Assembly: GCA_048886685.1 (NCBI GenBank)
Contig: JBHLKM010000017.1
Span: 36,407-100,406, forward strand
DNA from: Candidatus Hodarchaeota archaeon
Lineage (GTDB): Archaea; Asgardarchaeota; Lokiarchaeia; Sigyniarchaeales; SOKP01
Direction of reading: 5' to 3'
Length of the DNA stretch: 64,000 bases
The position numbers and the translations under genes were made by a program. Under the pieces are notes generated by a model that saw only the letters and a list, made by a program, of their open reading frames with translations, searched no databases and was not told where the DNA came from. This document shows positions 59,948-64,000 of this stretch, piece after piece (position 1 is the stretch's first letter; each line of letters opens with the position of its first letter).

Positions 59948-61675
59948 TTATTTTTTTCTCATATCTTTTGCTTGTGTTAAAAACTTATCTAAATTCTCTC
60001 TTATTTCAATTTTGTTAAATTTTCCAACACTAGTTCTAGGGATCTCATCTACGATTGCAACAAGTTTAGGAAGCATCCATTTGGTTATCTTACCTTTATC
60101 GACACCTTCGATTGTAAGAAATTCAATTAAATCTTGTTCAGTTTTATTAGAATTTGGTACAAATTTTACTATTGCCATGGGTATTTCTCCCCATACTTCA
60201 TCTGGGACACCAACAACCGTTGCTTCAAGAACAAATTCCGCCATAGCAGATAGATTTTCAAGTAATACGGTAGGGACCATTTCTGCTCCGCTTCTAATGA
60301 CATCTTTCATCCTATCTGCTATTACTATAAAATCCTCTTCATCAACATAAGCTAGATCTCCTGTATGAAACCACCCATCATACCATACATCAGCAGTTTT
60401 TTCAGGATTTTTATAATATTTTTCCATAACCCAAGGACCACGAATGACGATTTGACCAATAGTTTCATTATCATGCGGTACTGGTTTCCCATCTTCATCT
60501 ATAACCTCAACTTCAAGTCCAGGCATAGGCAAACCTGTCTTCACCCTCACTTCATCTAGCTTTTCTTTAGACCAGTCTCTCATGTACTTCTTAACAAATG
60601 CTCTGATCGTAGTTGGTGCTGTTTCTGTCATCCCATACCCAGAAGTTGCGGTAAATCCAGGAATCTTTTTTTCAACTTTGGCTTTTAATCCTAAAGGTAA
60701 TGCTCCGCCACCAACAGAAACCGATACCAGACTGCTTAAATCATATTTATCGAGATCTGGATATTCAATAAGTAAGGCTAAAATTGTTGGAACTACAGCA
60801 ACCGAGGTCACTTTTTCAGTTTGAACTAACTCACAAAAACCTTCTACTGTAAATGTACCAGGTAAAACCATTTTCACGGCAAGAAAGGTATAGATGAAAG
60901 GAGCACCCCAAGCATGAATATGAAATAACGGTGTAGTTACCATTGGAACGCTGTTTTCACCTAACGATTTATGAGTTGGATCATTAAGAAAAGTAGTGTA
61001 GGCAATCATATGCAGGGTAAATATATAAAGAGACCTATGGGTGAACATTGCACCTTTAGGAAGACCTGTAGTTCCAGTAGTATAGCAAAGTGTAGCATAA
61101 TTATGTTCATCTAAGTAAGGCCATTCGAAATTATCAGATTGCTGATTTAGTAATTCTTCATATTCATAAAGATTCTCAATTTTTGTATCTGGTAATCCCG
61201 GTTTATCAGACATATATATAAATTTTTCGACGGTATCTTTTATTTTATCATATGCTGATTCTAATAGTGGCAAAAGTACATCATCAAAAAATATTATTTT
61301 ATCTTCAGAGTGATTTATTGTATATGTTATATGATCAAGAGCAAGTCTTACGTTGATTGGATGTAATGTAGCTCCAATACAAGGAACTGCAAAATATAAT
61401 TCTAAATGTCTATGTGTATTGAGTGCCATTGTTGCGACACGATCGCCAGGTTCTCCAGGTCTCCCATGCTTTATATCCAAAGCCTTCAAAAGATTTGCTA
61501 AACGACACGTACGTTTATACCATTCAATCCAAGTAAACCGATGATATTCTCCAGTAATATGATTTCTATACACTACCCCAATCTCGTTAGGATATGTCTT
61601 TACGGGTCTTTTCATAAATGTTGTAAGTAATAGAGGATATTGAGAACTAAATTCAGGGAAGGGTCCATTAACCAT
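59948..61675 (-). CDS. Long-chain fatty-acid--CoA ligase (AMP-binding)
   Basis: YTTGTTGLPKG, GYGMTET, WFHTGD, DR.KD.I.SG, PRTSVGKF.K. Confidence 0.93.
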   Translation of the reverse strand: MVNGPFPEFSSQYPLLLTTFMKRPVKTYPNEIGVVYRNHITGEYHRFTWIEWYKRTCRLANLLKALDIKHGRPGEPGDRVATMALNTHRHLELYFAVPCIGATLHPINVRLALDHITYTINHSEDKIIFFDDVLLPLLESAYDKIKDTVEKFIYMSDKPGLPDTKIENLYEYEELLNQQSDNFEWPYLDEHNYATLCYTTGTTGLPKGAMFTHRSLYIFTLHMIAYTTFLNDPTHKSLGENSVPMVTTPLFHIHAWGAPFIYTFLAVKMVLPGTFTVEGFCELVQTEKVTSVAVVPTILALLIEYPDLDKYDLSSLVSVSVGGGALPLGLKAKVEKKIPGFTATSGYGMTETAPTTIRAFVKKYMRDWSKEKLDEVRVKTGLPMPGLEVEVIDEDGKPVPHDNETIGQIVIRGPWVMEKYYKNPEKTADVWYDGWFHTGDLAYVDEEDFIVIADRMKDVIRSGAEMVPTVLLENLSAMAEFVLEATVVGVPDEVWGEIPMAIVKFVPNSNKTEQDLIEFLTIEGVDKGKITKWMLPKLVAIVDEIPRTSVGKFNKIEIRENLDKFLTQAKDMRKK

Positions 61676-61939
61676 TTTAAATCTCCATTTTTAAATGATT
61701 TATAATTTTGATATTAAAGCTATCATTATTTTTATTTTAATCGTTTCTGCTTTAATACTGTGTTTTTATATTCTATATGGAGTGAAAGTCAAGGATTTAA
61801 TATCAATATAGGGAAAAAGGCACAAAATAATCAAGATTAACTGTATTTTTAACATCTTTAAGAAGAGAAGCTATGTTGAACACCAATAGTTTAAACTCTT
61901 AAAAAAAAAAAAAGAAAAAATATTTGGCTTTTAAAATAT

Positions 61940-63667
61940 CTAATTGCTTTTCATATCTTTTGCTTTTGCCAGGAACGTATCCAAGTCTTTTCTAATTGCT
62001 ATTTTGTTAAATTTTCCAACACTTGTTCTAGGTATCTCATCTACAATTGCCACTAGTTTAGGAAGCATCCATTTAGTAATTTTTCCTTTATCCACACCTT
62101 CAACCGTAAGAAAATCAATTAGATCTTGTTCATTCTTATCTGAACCGGGAATAAGTTTTATTATAGCCATCGCTTTTTCGCCCCATACTTCATCTGGAAC
62201 TCCTACTACAGTAGCTTCGAGGACGAAATCAGCCATAGCAGCCAGATTTTCAAGAAGTACAGTTGGAACCATTTCAGCACCGCTTCTAATAATATCTGAC
62301 ATCCTATCTGCTATAACTATAAAGTCTTCCTCGTCAATCTTTGCCATATCCCCGGTATGAAACCAACCATTTCTCCAAACTTCTGCGGTTTTCTCAGGAT
62401 TCTTATAGTATTTCTCCATTACCCAAGGACCACGAATGACTATCTCCCCTAGAGTATTATCATCATGAGGAATAGGTTTTCCATTTTCATCTACAACTTC
62501 AATATCTAAACCTGGAACAGGTAGACCAGTTTTTACTCTTACCTCATCTAATTTCTCTTTAGGCCAATCGCTCATATATTTCTTTACGAATGCTGCAATC
62601 GTCGTAGGAGCGGTCTCAGTCATTCCATATCCTGAACTTGCTGTAAATCCTGGTAACTTCTTCTCGATCTTACTTTTTAATCCTAAGGGTAGTGCACCGC
62701 CACCTACAGCAACACTAACAAGACTACTTAAGTCGTATTTATCGAGATCCGGGTATTCAAGAAGTAACGCTAATATAGTTGGGACTACCCCTACAGTAGA
62801 AACCTTCTCTGTTTGAACAAGTTCGCAGAAACCTTGGACTGTAAACGTTCCTGGTAGCACAATCTTTACTCCCATAAAAACGTAGGAAAAAGGTGCTCCC
62901 CAACCATGAATATGAAATAGTGGGGTGATTATCATAGGAATCGTATTCTCACCTAGAAAGACACGAGCGGGATCGTTACTAAAAACAGTATAGGCTGCGA
63001 CGTGTATACACAATAAATAAATTGCTCTGTGGGTGAACATAGCCCCTTTTGGAAGCCCGGTAGTACCTGTTGTATAGCATAAAGTTGCGTAATTGTCTTC
63101 ACTCAAGTGAGGCCATTCGTATTCATCTGATTCAACTTTTAGTAATTCTTCATATTCATAGAGATTTTCTATCTTAGTATCAGGTAATCCCGGTTTATCA
63201 GACATATATACAAACATTTTGACAGTATCTTTTATATGGTCATAGATCCCCTCAACTAATCGAAGAAGTATATCATCAAAAAATAAAATTTTATCTTCCG
63301 CATGGTTTATAGTAAAAATGATGTGCTCAGGTGAGAGTCTTACATTGATTGTATGAAGCATTGCTCCACTACAAGGCGCCGCATAATAAATCTCTAAATG
63401 CCTATGAGTATTAAGCGCCATAGTTGCAACTCTATCTCCAGGTTTTCCAGGTTCTCCAGGATTTATATTTAATGTTTTTAAGGCATTTGCCAGACGACAT
63501 GTTCGTTTATACCATTCCATCCACGTAAATCTAAAATATTGCCCAGTAACCTGGTTTCTGTAAACCACACCAATCTCATTTGGATAAATCCTCACTGGTC
63601 TTTTCATAAAAGTTGTAAGGAGGAGTGGGTAATGAGAGCTATATTCTGGATAGGTTTTATTTACCAT
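61940..63667 (-). CDS. Long-chain fatty-acid--CoA ligase (tandem paralog)
   Basis: Same length (575 aa) and motifs as 59948-61675; colinear and highly similar. Confidence 0.93.
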   Translation of the reverse strand: MVNKTYPEYSSHYPLLLTTFMKRPVRIYPNEIGVVYRNQVTGQYFRFTWMEWYKRTCRLANALKTLNINPGEPGKPGDRVATMALNTHRHLEIYYAAPCSGAMLHTINVRLSPEHIIFTINHAEDKILFFDDILLRLVEGIYDHIKDTVKMFVYMSDKPGLPDTKIENLYEYEELLKVESDEYEWPHLSEDNYATLCYTTGTTGLPKGAMFTHRAIYLLCIHVAAYTVFSNDPARVFLGENTIPMIITPLFHIHGWGAPFSYVFMGVKIVLPGTFTVQGFCELVQTEKVSTVGVVPTILALLLEYPDLDKYDLSSLVSVAVGGGALPLGLKSKIEKKLPGFTASSGYGMTETAPTTIAAFVKKYMSDWPKEKLDEVRVKTGLPVPGLDIEVVDENGKPIPHDDNTLGEIVIRGPWVMEKYYKNPEKTAEVWRNGWFHTGDMAKIDEEDFIVIADRMSDIIRSGAEMVPTVLLENLAAMADFVLEATVVGVPDEVWGEKAMAIIKLIPGSDKNEQDLIDFLTVEGVDKGKITKWMLPKLVAIVDEIPRTSVGKFNKIAIRKDLDTFLAKAKDMKSN

Positions 63668-63724
63668 ATTTAATTACCAGTTTCTAACTTTTTATTCTTA
63701 TTTTCAATATTAATGATTTTAAGA

Positions 63725-63744
63725 TTTATGATTTAGATCATAAA
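63725..63744. promoter_or_regulatory. Inverted repeat, candidate operator upstream of the acyl-CoA ligase
   Basis: TTTATGAT-ttag-ATCATAAA, perfect 8-bp arms, about 60 nt upstream of the 63667 start; AT-rich context weakens significance. Confidence 0.35.
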
Positions 63745-63886
63745 ATCATCATTATTTTTATTTTTATTATTATCACTTAAATACTTTAAATTAGTGAAAT
63801 TTTTCGTAATTCATTTACCCTATCAAAAAAAAGGGGAAATTATATTATAAATCATAGAAAATAATGGAAAGTAGAGATTTTCTAGA

Positions 63887-64000
63887 CTATTCTTGAACTT
63901 GAGTAATTTGTTTATCGCTTCTCATATCCTTAGCTATTGCTAGAAACTTGTCTATATTTTTTCTAATTTCTATTTTATCAAATTTCCCTACACTAGTTCT
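63887..64000 (-). CDS. Third fatty-acid--CoA ligase paralog, 3' end only
   Basis: Manual translation RTSVGKFDKIEIRKNIDKFLAIAKDMRSDKQITQVQE* matches the C-termini of the two neighbours. Confidence 0.9.
   Translation of the reverse strand, partial: RTSVGKFDKIEIRKNIDKFLAIAKDMRSDKQITQVQE

Overview
AT-rich archaeal chromosomal window, most likely from an Asgard archaeon of the Lokiarchaeia/Promethearchaeota. Support: a single-domain gelsolin, Loki-CTERM-type IPGY-TM-basic tails, Alba, a histone-fold protein, PAN, a Sec11-type signal peptidase and a nurA-herA-mre11-rad50 operon. Content is mostly housekeeping and metabolic: DNA repair, a PAS two-component pair, chromatin proteins, a peptide ABC importer whose two ATPases are fused to extra membrane domains, corrinoid methyltransferase parts, thiolase/DUF35, MFS transporters, a divergent CooS and three tandem acyl-CoA ligases. 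The top finding is in cobO (cob(I)alamin adenosyltransferase). Its Walker A motif is interrupted by a 33-nt, stop-containing insertion (58961-58993) that folds into a bulge-helix-bulge/loop splicing motif with the geometry expected for the tRNA splicing endonuclease. This is a candidate mRNA intron in an Asgard protein-coding gene. Other leads are an unannotated 51-aa basic/Trp-acidic microprotein, a possible mu-homology (adaptin/delta-COP-like) domain at the left edge, and an RHH-pseudoDHp-REC response regulator. No tRNA, rRNA, CRISPR array or IS element was recognised. All family assignments are by motif recognition; no searches were run.
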